A stretch of 64,000 nt of DNA from Berkelbacteria bacterium GW2011_GWE1_39_12 (GTDB lineage Bacteria > Patescibacteriota > UBA1384 > UBA12157), in NCBI GenBank assembly GCA_001029735.1, contig CP011213.1, forward strand, positions 720,298 through 784,297, written 5' to 3'. Each line of letters opens with the position of its first letter. The first letter of the stretch is position 1. The notes under the pieces were generated by a model that ran no database searches, was not told the origin of the DNA, and worked only from the letters and a program-made list of their open reading frames with translations. Position numbers and translations under genes: made by a program. This document shows positions 37,079-47,067 of this stretch, piece after piece.

Positions 37079-38074
37079 TTGGAGTATTCTGCGGGAGCTG
37101 ATAGGCTTGCCAAATCTAACAAAGGACAGTATAATAGCTCCGATATGTTAGATATAATACACCAAAATCATAATATAATTCATCGAAAAAGAAAGGTTCG
37201 CGACATTTGCAGCGGAGCTGATCCTTTTGTTTTCAAAAAAAATAATCTTTGGCACCTATTGTTACAAGAAGATCTCCGACCTGATCCGGAAGCTCACCGA
37301 GGTATTGGCGGCTACACATTGCGGACGGCTCGGAGCCTAGAGGGTATTAAGAACGCAAATCCAGAGCCCTTAATTGTCGCAAATCAGGATGATCACTTAA
37401 GACAGGTTTGGGCGGCAGAAATACATAGTAATTTCTTATATGTAGCGGCATCCGAAGGTGGTAATAGGACACACAGAATGCATGTCTACCAAACCGACGA
37501 AAGTCCGCTCGGTCCTTGGAAGTATTTGGGCAAGCTTAAGACCGCCGACGGGGAAGACTTTTGGGCGATCGATTTGACGATTATCAAGATTAACGGTAAT
37601 AGCTATGGAGTTTGGTCAGGTTGGAAAGCTAATGATGATGAGTTTCCACAGCACATTTATATTTCAGAGATGCTTTCCGAAACGGAAATAGGGCCGAGAC
37701 ATCTCTTGTCATCTCCGAAAGATAATTGGTGTACCTCCGTAAAGCCGATTCTTGAAGGACCGCAAGCAATAGATATCGATGGAAAGTTCTACGGGTTGAC
37801 TATAACTGGGAATGCCAGCTGGACGAAGGACTATTCCACTTCTGTAATGAAATATCTTGGCGGAGACCCGCTGCAAAAGAGTTCATGGGCTTTTGTTTGT
37901 CAGCCGCTGTTTGAAAGCGGTTTCGGTATCGGCCATGGAATCATCGTACAAGAAAAAAAACAACTTTATTATATAGGTCATCGTAAATCTTCCGATCAAC
38001 CTGGCTGGGGAGACAGAGTTATTTTCTATGCCAGTTTGAGCAAAGAAAAACTTATAGATTATCTTGCGTCTTAA
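37079..38074 (+). CDS. GH43-like five-bladed beta-propeller protein
   Basis: N-terminal GADPFVF block resembling the GH43 ADP(S/F) catalytic-Asp motif. Confidence 0.35.
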   Translation: MEYSAGADRLAKSNKGQYNSSDMLDIIHQNHNIIHRKRKVRDICSGADPFVFKKNNLWHLLLQEDLRPDPEAHRGIGGYTLRTARSLEGIKNANPEPLIVANQDDHLRQVWAAEIHSNFLYVAASEGGNRTHRMHVYQTDESPLGPWKYLGKLKTADGEDFWAIDLTIIKINGNSYGVWSGWKANDDEFPQHIYISEMLSETEIGPRHLLSSPKDNWCTSVKPILEGPQAIDIDGKFYGLTITGNASWTKDYSTSVMKYLGGDPLQKSSWAFVCQPLFESGFGIGHGIIVQEKKQLYYIGHRKSSDQPGWGDRVIFYASLSKEKLIDYLAS

Positions 38075-38145
38075 GCCTGGAATTTTCTGGGCTTTTTTAC
38101 ATTGATGAATTTTTTTTGATACGCTATTATTGATCTAGGTAAGAA

Positions 38146-38403
38146 ATGAAGAAATATTTAGCCATTATTTCGTTTATCGTTATCATGATAGCACTCGGTG
38201 TTTACTGGATTTATTATTTAAAAAAAGCACACAGCACCTTTGAAAATTACTATGCATTCCGTGGCTGTGTTCAGTTATTATCAAAAAGTGACGAATACGG
38301 ATACTGTAAAGCTGAAAATGGCTCTATAATGAAGATTGTAAAGTACAAAGACAGGTGGTTTTTGGCAGGGGATTTACCATCTGGTCGCTTTTTTGATTTC
38401 TAA
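38146..38403 (+). CDS. small membrane-anchored protein
   Basis: 85 aa, N-terminal TM. Confidence 0.35.
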   Translation: MKKYLAIISFIVIMIALGVYWIYYLKKAHSTFENYYAFRGCVQLLSKSDEYGYCKAENGSIMKIVKYKDRWFLAGDLPSGRFFDF

Positions 38404-38446
38404 AGAGTAAAGATTAAAATATCAAATATTAAAATAAGGAGTTGAA

Positions 38447-38746
38447 ATGAAAAGAACTGGTTTCTTTAATGCACTTGGAACTTTGGTTTACATCGTAATT
38501 GTCGGAACAATAATGCAGAATGGCGATCGGCTTTTTGGTAAAACGGATACCTTTATAACTCCGATCATTGTCTTACTGTTGTTTACACTTTCAGCTTCGA
38601 TTGTTGGTGGGTTTATTTTGGGAAAACCAGTCATGCTTTATCTTGATGATAGGAAAAAAGAAGCAGTTTCTTTATTTCTAAATACATCTTTCTGGTTGGC
38701 AATTTTTACCGTTGTTGCCCTGATAATCGCCGCTTTGGTTAAATAA
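38447..38746 (+). CDS. small membrane protein (3 TM)
   Basis: 99 aa hydrophobic. Confidence 0.4.
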   Translation: MKRTGFFNALGTLVYIVIVGTIMQNGDRLFGKTDTFITPIIVLLLFTLSASIVGGFILGKPVMLYLDDRKKEAVSLFLNTSFWLAIFTVVALIIAALVK

Positions 38747-38758
38747 ATTAGATATAAC

Positions 38759-39037
<279 letters not shown>

Positions 39038-39120
39038 ATATACGGCAGTTTTAAAACTACTAACGGTCATTTAGTTGTGTTAAAATTGATGTAAAAATAA
39101 GCTTAATAAATTGGAGGGGT

Positions 39121-40107
39121 ATGAGCGATCAGCTAAATATGTCTGGACAAAAAGTTTCAGGCAATAAAACATTACTAATAATAATTATTCTGCTTGTTGT
39201 AATCATTGCAGGTGGAATTATTTTTTGGTATATGGGTAGCTCCAACGAAAAGCCTGCGATCAATTCACAAATAAGTGTGCCACAAGGCGCTGGTCAATCT
39301 AAAAATTCAGATGAATTTAACTGGTCTACAATGGACCAAGGCCCATACAAAGACAGGGTTTTGTACGCATTGGGTAATTCATTAACTAGTTGGGTTGATT
39401 CCGGCAAAGTCTTAGCTGAACATGCCAGTGTGCCAGAAGTAATCGTTAAAGACGGTGTTATTTATATCTATTTTGTCGATGTTTCAATCGACGGCAAGCC
39501 CGAGCAAATCGGCTTGCTAAAATCAAACGATAACGGCGCCACATGGTCTGAAAAGCAAATAATTACCATTAAAGGGCTAGGGAGCAAAATTGCTGTTGAT
39601 CCGGATCCGTATCTGCTTGGTGATGGAAAAATTCGTTTGTATTATTTTGACATTAGTACGACTAAAACCGAAGGATTGAAAAACAATGCGATTTATTCGG
39701 CAATTTCGACTGATGGCATTAACTTCACCGAAGAAGAAGGAACCCGTTTTAAGTATGCGGCCATTTTTGATCCAGATGTAATCAAAGTCGGCGATATCTG
39801 GAGAATGTATGTTGGTACGGATGACCAAAAAGTTCTTTCAGCCACTTCAAATAACGGACTAAATTTTAATTATGAAGGAATTGCTTTAAACCAGGGATCT
39901 ATTCCTAATGTAGTTTACGAAAATGATACTTACTATCTTTTTACCGGCGGCATCGAAATTTCAACTTCGAAAGACGGCAAGACTTTTACGAAAACATCAG
40001 AGAGGTTTGATGTAGGTCGCTTAACCGCTGATCCCGGAGTAGCTAAACTAAATAACGGTCAGTACTTTATGGTTTATAAGACTAAAGATGAAATACCTAA
40101 ACAATAA
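39121..40107 (+). CDS. membrane-anchored BNR/Asp-box repeat (sialidase-like beta-propeller) protein
   Basis: N-terminal TM; Asp-boxes SNDNGATW, STDGINF, SKDGKTF. Confidence 0.55.
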   Translation: MSDQLNMSGQKVSGNKTLLIIIILLVVIIAGGIIFWYMGSSNEKPAINSQISVPQGAGQSKNSDEFNWSTMDQGPYKDRVLYALGNSLTSWVDSGKVLAEHASVPEVIVKDGVIYIYFVDVSIDGKPEQIGLLKSNDNGATWSEKQIITIKGLGSKIAVDPDPYLLGDGKIRLYYFDISTTKTEGLKNNAIYSAISTDGINFTEEEGTRFKYAAIFDPDVIKVGDIWRMYVGTDDQKVLSATSNNGLNFNYEGIALNQGSIPNVVYENDTYYLFTGGIEISTSKDGKTFTKTSERFDVGRLTADPGVAKLNNGQYFMVYKTKDEIPKQ

Positions 40108-40131
40108 AAATATTACTATTAAGGAAGAATA

Positions 40132-40791
40132 ATGTGGAAGTGGTTTAAATGGGTTTTGTTATCGATCGGGATTATGTTTGCGATTGGGGCTTTGTTGTTG
40201 TTCCAGCCGTGGGCATTTTTGCCGCACAAACACATTGAAATTTCTTTGCCGTTTCCGAAAGAAGCTGACTCTTATACTGACTTGATTCCGATGGGGGAGA
40301 TCGAACAATGGCACAATGCTTCAACCGGCCTGCCAAATGGGCATCCGGGGATTGATTTCGGCTGGGAAAAAGAAACTGATATTTTGGCAGTTGCCGACGG
40401 ACGAATAATCAACATTCGAAAAAACCATGAGGGCCAATACATCGTTGAACAAAGCTTAGGTCTGTATTACAGAACGGTCTATCAGGAACTAAATAAACTT
40501 GAGCCGGATATCCGATTTCTTGCAAAAATAAAGAAAGGGCAGGTAATCGGGCAAACCGGACGACCGCATGTTGAAGGAATGGAGCTACAAAATAGTGCTC
40601 CTTCCAGACAGATGCATTGGGATTTTTCTTCGAGCTCTTATTTCATTAACCGAATATGTCCTGTAGGCTATTTTGATACTGATTCAAGAAAGCGGATAGA
40701 AGCCATCTGGGCTAGGGTGAAAGCTAATGGAAACTTTAAGCCGCAATATCCGGATATCTGCAACGGATACTACGAAAACATGGAGGATTGA
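40132..40791 (+). CDS. M23-like (LytM-domain) protein with incomplete HxH motif
   Basis: HPGIDFGW (HxxxD) present; C-terminal GQTGRPHVEG where the second His of HxH is replaced. Confidence 0.45.
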   Translation: MWKWFKWVLLSIGIMFAIGALLLFQPWAFLPHKHIEISLPFPKEADSYTDLIPMGEIEQWHNASTGLPNGHPGIDFGWEKETDILAVADGRIINIRKNHEGQYIVEQSLGLYYRTVYQELNKLEPDIRFLAKIKKGQVIGQTGRPHVEGMELQNSAPSRQMHWDFSSSSYFINRICPVGYFDTDSRKRIEAIWARVKANGNFKPQYPDICNGYYENMED

Positions 40792-41579
40792 TGTGGATAT
40801 GGCTGCAAAATAAATCGCATGTAAAATGGATCGGATTAGGAGCTTTAGTTTTATTAGCATCTGGTTTGGGCTTAATATTTTTCGGGCCCGACAAATCTGC
40901 CGAAAGCCCCTCACGGTTTATTCAAGCAGATTTTATTGAGCTGGATCGAATTGCCCAAATTTCAAAATTCAGATCCGGTTCCGGGCATGATTTCTCCCAA
41001 GGAACTGGTGAGACTTGCCGCAGTATGAAGCATTATTTTAATGTGCCGCACACCGAAGAAAGTGAACGATTAGGTAGGCAAAATAATTTTTTACCGCCAG
41101 CACCAGACGGCAAAACCGATATTAAAATCTACAGCCCAGTCGATGGTAAAATTGTCAGAATCGAAGAGGAACAAACAACAGGCGAACAAATATACATCGA
41201 GCCAACTAACGCATCGCAATACACCCTCCGTCTTTTTCATATTTACAAACTTGATGGTATTAAAAAGGGTTTGAAGGTTACTGCTGGTCAACAAATTGGG
41301 GTAATTGGCCAATACCAAAATACCGATATTGCTATTGAGAAGAGAGAGGGTTTTAACCCCTATTTTGTTTCGTATTTTGAAGTGATGCCAGATTCATTAT
41401 TTGCAAACTACCAAGCTCATGGGATCAAAGATCGCAGTGAATTAATTTTCTCGAAGGAATACCGCGATGCTAATCCGTTGCAGTGCAACGGCGAACAATT
41501 TTCCACCAATTATGACTCAGACCCAAATAGCGGAAATTTTGTTTATCTAACGAACCAGGCAGACGCTCGAGCAAATTAG
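40788..41579 (+). CDS. paralogous degenerate M23-like domain protein
   Basis: SGSGHDFSQG and VDGKIVRIE / GQQIGVIGQ blocks parallel the upstream gene; 4-nt overlap. Confidence 0.3.
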   Translation: MMWIWLQNKSHVKWIGLGALVLLASGLGLIFFGPDKSAESPSRFIQADFIELDRIAQISKFRSGSGHDFSQGTGETCRSMKHYFNVPHTEESERLGRQNNFLPPAPDGKTDIKIYSPVDGKIVRIEEEQTTGEQIYIEPTNASQYTLRLFHIYKLDGIKKGLKVTAGQQIGVIGQYQNTDIAIEKREGFNPYFVSYFEVMPDSLFANYQAHGIKDRSELIFSKEYRDANPLQCNGEQFSTNYDSDPNSGNFVYLTNQADARAN

Positions 41580-41606
41580 AGCAGGAGAGATTGTTTATTC
41601 TCTTAT

Positions 41607-42836
41607 TTATCGGCTTTCGACAAAGGTGAGAGCAATCCCGGTTTTACCGCAGCGGCCGGTTCGACCAATGCGGTGAATATAATCGGTGTAGGTTTGTGGC
41701 TGAGTGTAATTGATAACATGAGAAATATCTTTGATATCAATACCTCTGGCAGCTACGTCGGTAGCAACTAAGATTTTAACTTGACTAGTTTTAAATAAAT
41801 TTAACGATCTCTGGCGTTGGCCTTGGCGTTTGTCGCCGTGAATTGAATCGGCTCTAAAACCTTTTGCAATTAAATCGTTTGTCAGTTTTTCAACATCTCG
41901 TTTAGTTTCTGAAAAGATTAAAACCTTGTCCGTTTCTGGTTTAGAAAGAATTTCATGAAGTTTTTCAAGTTTTTGATCTTTACTGCATCTCACCACATCT
42001 TGATCGACATTTTCTGCTGTGTCGCGGGACTTAATTTGAACAGTCACTGGATTGACCAAGAATTTATCAACTAAGACTCTGATTTTTGGTGGCATAGTAG
42101 CCGAAAAGAAAAGAGACTGGCGATCCTTAGGCAAGAGATTTAAGATTTCTGAAATGTCATCTACAAATCCCATGTCTAGCATGCGATCAACTTCGTCCAG
42201 AATAATATTGTGAAAAGTTTCTAATTTCAAGAAATTTTTATTAGCCAAATCTTTTAATCGGCCAGGTGTCCCAATGACAAAGTTTGGATTGCGTCGAAGA
42301 CTTTGAATTTGTTTGCCCATTGGCATACCGCCAACGCAGGTGGCTTGAAAAACTTTCATTGAAAACGAAAATTCATGCATTTCGTTAGAAATCTGATTAG
42401 CAAGTTCTCTGGTTGGAGCAATTATCAAAACTCTTTCGTTTTTATTTAGAAAAGCGCGGTTAATTAATGGTAGTAAAAAGGCGGCAGTTTTGCCTGTACC
42501 GGTATTAGCAAGTCCTACAATATCGCGGCCGTTCATAATGTGTTCAATTGATTGATCCTGAATCGGAGTTGGAATCTCATATTTTTTATATTGAAGATTT
42601 CGATTTAATTCTTGGCAGAATTTAAAATCGGCAAACTTATTTTTAATTTCAGTTGGTATCTCAATATTAAAATTCGTCGCTTTTTGAACGAAGCGATTTG
42701 GGTCAATTGATTCACCAAAACTACGTTTTGGTCTTCCCTGAAAACGGTTACGATTGTAGTTTGAATTGTTTCCGCCAAACTTAGATTTCGGTCTGTAGGC
42801 TTGATACATGTAGTAATCTTTCTTTTGTAGACACAA
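41607..42836 (-). CDS. DEAD-box ATP-dependent RNA helicase with basic RG/N-rich N-terminal extension
   Basis: Q-motif, GTGKTAAF, DEVD, SAT, HRIGRTGR. True start may be the second Met at ~42809. Confidence 0.9.
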   Translation of the reverse strand: MCLQKKDYYMYQAYRPKSKFGGNNSNYNRNRFQGRPKRSFGESIDPNRFVQKATNFNIEIPTEIKNKFADFKFCQELNRNLQYKKYEIPTPIQDQSIEHIMNGRDIVGLANTGTGKTAAFLLPLINRAFLNKNERVLIIAPTRELANQISNEMHEFSFSMKVFQATCVGGMPMGKQIQSLRRNPNFVIGTPGRLKDLANKNFLKLETFHNIILDEVDRMLDMGFVDDISEILNLLPKDRQSLFFSATMPPKIRVLVDKFLVNPVTVQIKSRDTAENVDQDVVRCSKDQKLEKLHEILSKPETDKVLIFSETKRDVEKLTNDLIAKGFRADSIHGDKRQGQRQRSLNLFKTSQVKILVATDVAARGIDIKDISHVINYTQPQTYTDYIHRIGRTGRCGKTGIALTFVESR

Positions 42837-42994
42837 AAAAATCCGGTGTCTAATTAATTAATTTTTTTACTGCTCTAGAGAACATCGAAAAAATTAATTA
42901 AATATTTTCCGGAAATCCGTAGAACAATTTATTTGAAACTCTGTAACTAATAAACTATAACAGAAATTTTTATCTTTGTCAATCGATCAGCGGC

Positions 42995-43783
42995 TTATTC
43001 TGTTTTAGCCGTTAATCTAAGTAGCTCATTTTTAAAATATAATGTTTCTTCCCTCATGTGATCAGCTAGCTCTGGCGGAATAATCGATGCCACATTGCCG
43101 TTTTCTAAATTTTCAATTAATTCTGTTTCGCTGTTTATGACATCGTCCAGCGCCTCGATTATTTTATTGTAATCAGTGGTTTCACTTTCTAGGAAATCGT
43201 AGAATGTATCAGCGACATCTAATTGCTCTTCGATTAAGTCGGATTCCGTTGGGTCAAGTAAATGAGAGGTGAATAAGCCATGCTCCGCCATAATTTCTGT
43301 CCAAAAATTCACCAATTCATTAATATCAATCAACCGTCCTTCTTTAATATCATTTTGATGAGAAAGAATGAATTCACCTTCGCGAATCATGTGATCAAAA
43401 AACATGGGCCAAATTAAAGTATGAATATCGCCTTCTTCTTGTCTGTCTTCCATTTCTCGCATTTGTTCAATTACTTTTTCCGTTTGATCTAAGACATCGT
43501 CAGTTAACGAATCGATTTTTTCGTCGCCCAGTTCTAAATTTTTCGCCTCTTCGATGATTTCCGACATTTCCTCAATCTTAATTCGAATAGTTTTAATGTA
43601 TGGCATTAACTTTTCAAACTTAGTTGGCAGTAAAATTTCTCCTACTACTAAGTGATCTTGAAGATCATCTGCAATAAAAAGTAAGTTGGCAAATTTGAGA
43701 GCATCAGGATTTTTCGTGTTTGGGTTAGCTAGGTACATAGTAGTCATACCAGAATCATCTTTAATAATTTCGTCGCTATTCAT
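42995..43783 (-). CDS. acidic hypothetical protein (possibly DUF2935-like)
   Basis: repeated H..LF..HLLDP.E-like blocks; pI strongly acidic. Confidence 0.35.
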   Translation of the reverse strand: MNSDEIIKDDSGMTTMYLANPNTKNPDALKFANLLFIADDLQDHLVVGEILLPTKFEKLMPYIKTIRIKIEEMSEIIEEAKNLELGDEKIDSLTDDVLDQTEKVIEQMREMEDRQEEGDIHTLIWPMFFDHMIREGEFILSHQNDIKEGRLIDINELVNFWTEIMAEHGLFTSHLLDPTESDLIEEQLDVADTFYDFLESETTDYNKIIEALDDVINSETELIENLENGNVASIIPPELADHMREETLYFKNELLRLTAKTE

Positions 43784-43872
43784 AATTAATTTCCTTTCTT
43801 AAGTTATCGTAAAAAAATTATCCATTTTTTGATATGTGTAGTAGCACAAAACATGTTTCGAATAGACAATTC

Positions 43873-43920
43873 AGTTGATTAACTTGCCGAATCAACTCCA
43901 AATAATTTCTCAGTTGATTC
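43873..43920 (+). promoter_or_regulatory. three copies of AGTTGATT (direct, inverted, direct) upstream of the response-regulator gene (candidate autoregulatory sites)
   Basis: agttgatt 43873-43880, aatcaact 43891-43898, agttgatt 43913-43920. Confidence 0.4.
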
Positions 43921-43950
43921 TCAGGAATATTTGAGATATATTAATTAGCT

Positions 43951-44649
43951 ATGAGAATATTAATTATTGAAGATGATCGAAAAATCGCTAATGCAATTAA
44001 AAAGGGTTTAACGCAAGAATCTTACGCCGTTGACCTTTCTTTTGATGGTGAAGACGGTTTGGGTTCGGCTCTTTCGGTTGATTACGATCTAATCATTATA
44101 GATCGAATGTTGCCAGAGGTTGACGGCATTCAGATTTGCAAAGCTTTGCGCGAAAAAGAAAAACAAGTGCCAATATTAATTTTAACCGCAAAAGATAAAA
44201 TCAAAGATAGAGTCGAAGGGCTAAATGCCGGGGCCGATGATTATCTGACAAAACCTTTTGCGTTTGACGAGCTTTTGGCGAGAGTTAGGGCTTTACTTCG
44301 TAGGCCCCAAAATGTTTTAGAGACAAAATTAAAAATCGCCGACTTAAGTCTAGATACCAACACTTTCGAAGTTTGTCGTGGCAAGAAAAAAATTAAATTA
44401 TCAAGTAAAGAGTTTGCCTTATTAGAATATTTAATGCGCAATCCAAATAGAATTCTGACCAAGGACAATATTATTTTGCATGTCTGGGATTACGATGCGG
44501 ATATATTGCCGAATACAGTGGAAGTCTATATTGGATACTTGAGAAATAAAATTGATAAGCCTTTCGAAAAATTGCCGGATTTGATTTCGACGGTTCGCGG
44601 GTTTGGCTACAAAATAATAATACCAAAGGAAAAAAATGACTCATTTTAA
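43951..44649 (+). CDS. OmpR-family response regulator
   Basis: receiver D-box (IIIDRMLP), winged-helix C-terminus (VWDYD...YIGYLRNKID). Confidence 0.9.
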   Translation: MRILIIEDDRKIANAIKKGLTQESYAVDLSFDGEDGLGSALSVDYDLIIIDRMLPEVDGIQICKALREKEKQVPILILTAKDKIKDRVEGLNAGADDYLTKPFAFDELLARVRALLRRPQNVLETKLKIADLSLDTNTFEVCRGKKKIKLSSKEFALLEYLMRNPNRILTKDNIILHVWDYDADILPNTVEVYIGYLRNKIDKPFEKLPDLISTVRGFGYKIIIPKEKNDSF

Positions 44650-45646
44650 ATTGGCCTACCTGAAATTGACCGGTGTTTATGTTTTGATTGTTATAATTAT
44701 CAGTGTTGGCTTTAGTTTGTCTTTATACAGAATCTCTTCGGACGAAATTGATCGCGGTCTTCTTCGACAAACGCGAACTTTCGGTAATCTTGCGCCTTTT
44801 AAAGGACAGCAATCAATTCCAGAAATAGATCAAATCAGAAAACAACAACTAGATGAAAGTAATGCTCGTTTGAAAACAAATTTGATTTATTTCAATATAT
44901 TAATTTTGATTTTGTCAGCAATCGCTAGTTATTTTTTTGCTAAAAGAACATTGGAGCCGATTGAAGAAGCGATGGAATCACAAAGCCGTTTTACTGCCGA
45001 TGCATCACACGAGCTTAGAACACCTTTAACTGCAATGAAAAGCGAAATCGAAGTGAGCCTTCGCGATAAAAAAATGAGTCTAAATTCTGCGATAAAGTTA
45101 TTAAAAAGTAACTTAGAAGAAATCGGAAAATTGGAAAGTTTGTCCACATCTTTATTGAAGTTGACACGATCACAAAATGAAACTCAAGAAAATTTTGAGG
45201 AAGTTTCTTTAGAAGATGTATTAACCGAAAGTTATGAAAAAATTGAAAGTTTAGCGCAGAAAAAAGATATAAAATTTGAAACAAAGTTAATCGAAATAAA
45301 AGCGCGAGGTGATAAGCAAAGTTTGGTAGAACTTTTTGTTATATTTTTAGATAATGCTATTAAATTTAGTCCAAAAAAATCCAAAATATTCATTACAATG
45401 AAAAAAGAAAAACACTTTGCAATAATATCGATTAAAGATCAAGGCTCTGGCATAAAAGCACTAGACTTACCCCATATCTTCGATCGCTTTTATTGCGCGA
45501 ATTCATCAAGAAATAAAGAGAAGGTTAATGGATATGGATTAGGGCTTGCAATCGCTAAACAAATTGTTGATCTTCATGATGGCGAAATTATGGTTCAGAG
45601 TAAGCCAGACAAAGGTAGCACTTTTTCTGTCAAACTACCTATTTAA
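44636..45646 (+). CDS. sensor histidine kinase
   Basis: 2 N-terminal TM, H-box ADASHELRTPLTAM, N/G boxes (DQGSGI, GYGLGLAI). Confidence 0.9.
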   Translation: MTHFKLAYLKLTGVYVLIVIIISVGFSLSLYRISSDEIDRGLLRQTRTFGNLAPFKGQQSIPEIDQIRKQQLDESNARLKTNLIYFNILILILSAIASYFFAKRTLEPIEEAMESQSRFTADASHELRTPLTAMKSEIEVSLRDKKMSLNSAIKLLKSNLEEIGKLESLSTSLLKLTRSQNETQENFEEVSLEDVLTESYEKIESLAQKKDIKFETKLIEIKARGDKQSLVELFVIFLDNAIKFSPKKSKIFITMKKEKHFAIISIKDQGSGIKALDLPHIFDRFYCANSSRNKEKVNGYGLGLAIAKQIVDLHDGEIMVQSKPDKGSTFSVKLPI

Positions 45647-45670
45647 AAAACCGGAATTTCTTCCGGTAGA

Positions 45671-46381
45671 TTATTCCTCCCAAAGCGTTTGTCTTTGCCA
45701 CGGCCAGATCATTTTACCGACAACCAAGTCATCTTTGATCTTGGGATCGTCTTGTCGGTAGATTTGGTAATAGACATTTGCCAGACTGTAGATCTGGAGT
45801 AGACTTAGTTGGCCTTGCCAGCGGCTTCTTCCGCTACTGTTGACGATGCACAGTGCACCAACCACTTTAACGGTCCCAAATCCTTGGCAATACTTTTGGT
45901 AAAAGTTCTCTATGGGCACATTGTTGTGCCATTCGCCGTTGACCAAAAGCACATTTGAATTCAGAGGAATATCTGAGTGCCAAGCATCAACCGCATGGAT
46001 GTATTTACAGCTGAAAAGCTTGGCCATCTCATGTGCAAGCGGACCGCTATAGCCGTCCGCATAGACAAGGTAATCGATTTTCGGTTCTCTGTGGAAGAGT
46101 TTGTAATAGTCCAGAAGCTTTTGAGCAAACTCTTCGTTGGCTGCTGGCGTAGAAAGTGCCCTTGGCATATTTAGGTACGACTCAGCGAAGAAATGCTCAC
46201 CCTCTGGCTTCCATCTGCTTGGATACTTACGGTCCGATGCCACAAGACATCCGATACGTCTACCTTCACGGTCTTTCTTGCATTGATAAAATGAGTGTAG
46301 TGAAAACAGCCTTTCCAGTGTTTCTCGTTGCCTCTTTTGATCTGGATTTTCAAAAATTGACATTCGCTCCCTCCTAAACAC
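45671..46381 (-). CDS. hypothetical protein, GC-rich (~45%), weak PRTase-fold resemblance
   Basis: 236-aa ORF; IDYLVYADGYSGPLAHEMAKLF / NVLLVNGEWHN blocks loosely resemble PRTase strands. Confidence 0.35.
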   Translation of the reverse strand: MFRRERMSIFENPDQKRQRETLERLFSLHSFYQCKKDREGRRIGCLVASDRKYPSRWKPEGEHFFAESYLNMPRALSTPAANEEFAQKLLDYYKLFHREPKIDYLVYADGYSGPLAHEMAKLFSCKYIHAVDAWHSDIPLNSNVLLVNGEWHNNVPIENFYQKYCQGFGTVKVVGALCIVNSSGRSRWQGQLSLLQIYSLANVYYQIYRQDDPKIKDDLVVGKMIWPWQRQTLWEE

Positions 46382-46484
46382 CGATTAGATTTTTTATACA
46401 TCGAAAATTAACTAAAAGCAAACTTTTTAAGCAAATTCTCAGCTCAAACTTTTATTATGAGAGTGTCTTGAAAAATAAAAAAGA

Positions 46485-46946
46485 TTGGAGGTGAGAAAAT
46501 TGAATAAAAAATTACTTATTATTCCCGCGATTGCTATAGGTGTAGCTATTAGCGGAGCAGCACTTTGGCCAACTGGTATTGCAAAAGCAAATGGTAATGG
46601 CAACGGCGATATGATGACACAGCAACTTGCTCAAAAATTGGGCATAGATCAGGATAAAGTATCAGGGGCAATGGATCAAATCCATGAAGAAAAACAAGCC
46701 CGAATGCAGGATGAACAAAAAACAAAACTGCAGGAAGCGGTTGACGCTGGTACTATCACATCTGAACAAAAAGATGCGATCTTAACTAGACAAACCGAAC
46801 AACAGCAAAAAAGAGAACAGGAAAGAACGGAAAACCAGAAATGGCTGAGCGACAACAACTTAGATCGTGAAACTTTACGTGATTTAGGTGTTGGTATGGG
46901 TGGACATGGACGCAAAGGAATGGGGATGGGATTTGGTCAAGAATAA
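46485..46946 (+). CDS. secreted Q/E-rich protein with Gly/Met-rich tail
   Basis: signal peptide KKLLIIPAIAIGVAISGAALW; ends GMGGHGRKGMGMGFGQE. Confidence 0.5.
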   Translation: MEVRKLNKKLLIIPAIAIGVAISGAALWPTGIAKANGNGNGDMMTQQLAQKLGIDQDKVSGAMDQIHEEKQARMQDEQKTKLQEAVDAGTITSEQKDAILTRQTEQQQKREQERTENQKWLSDNNLDRETLRDLGVGMGGHGRKGMGMGFGQE

Positions 46947-46960
46947 AATCCCTTCATATA

Positions 46961-46992
46961 AAAAAACAGCCCCTTGGGAAAGGGCTGTTTTT
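46961..46992. terminator. bidirectional rho-independent terminator
   Basis: aaaaaa CAGCCCcttgggaaaGGGCTG ttttt. Confidence 0.6.
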
Positions 46993-47067
46993 AATAATGA
47001 GATTTTATAAGCTGTTTCTCAGGTTTGTCTCATAAACTTAAGCAGAAATAATTAGAAAGGAAAAATC

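Noticed and set aside
41607-42836. RG/N-rich N-terminal extension of the DEAD-box helicase as a separate feature or fusion
   Set aside because: Basic low-complexity tails are common in DEAD-box proteins; only the start-codon choice (42836 vs ~42809) is uncertain.
46485-46946. Secreted Q/E-rich protein as a CpxP/Spy-family chaperone
   Set aside because: Similar size and composition, but the diagnostic LTxxQ motifs are not present as such (LTRQT is only a near match).
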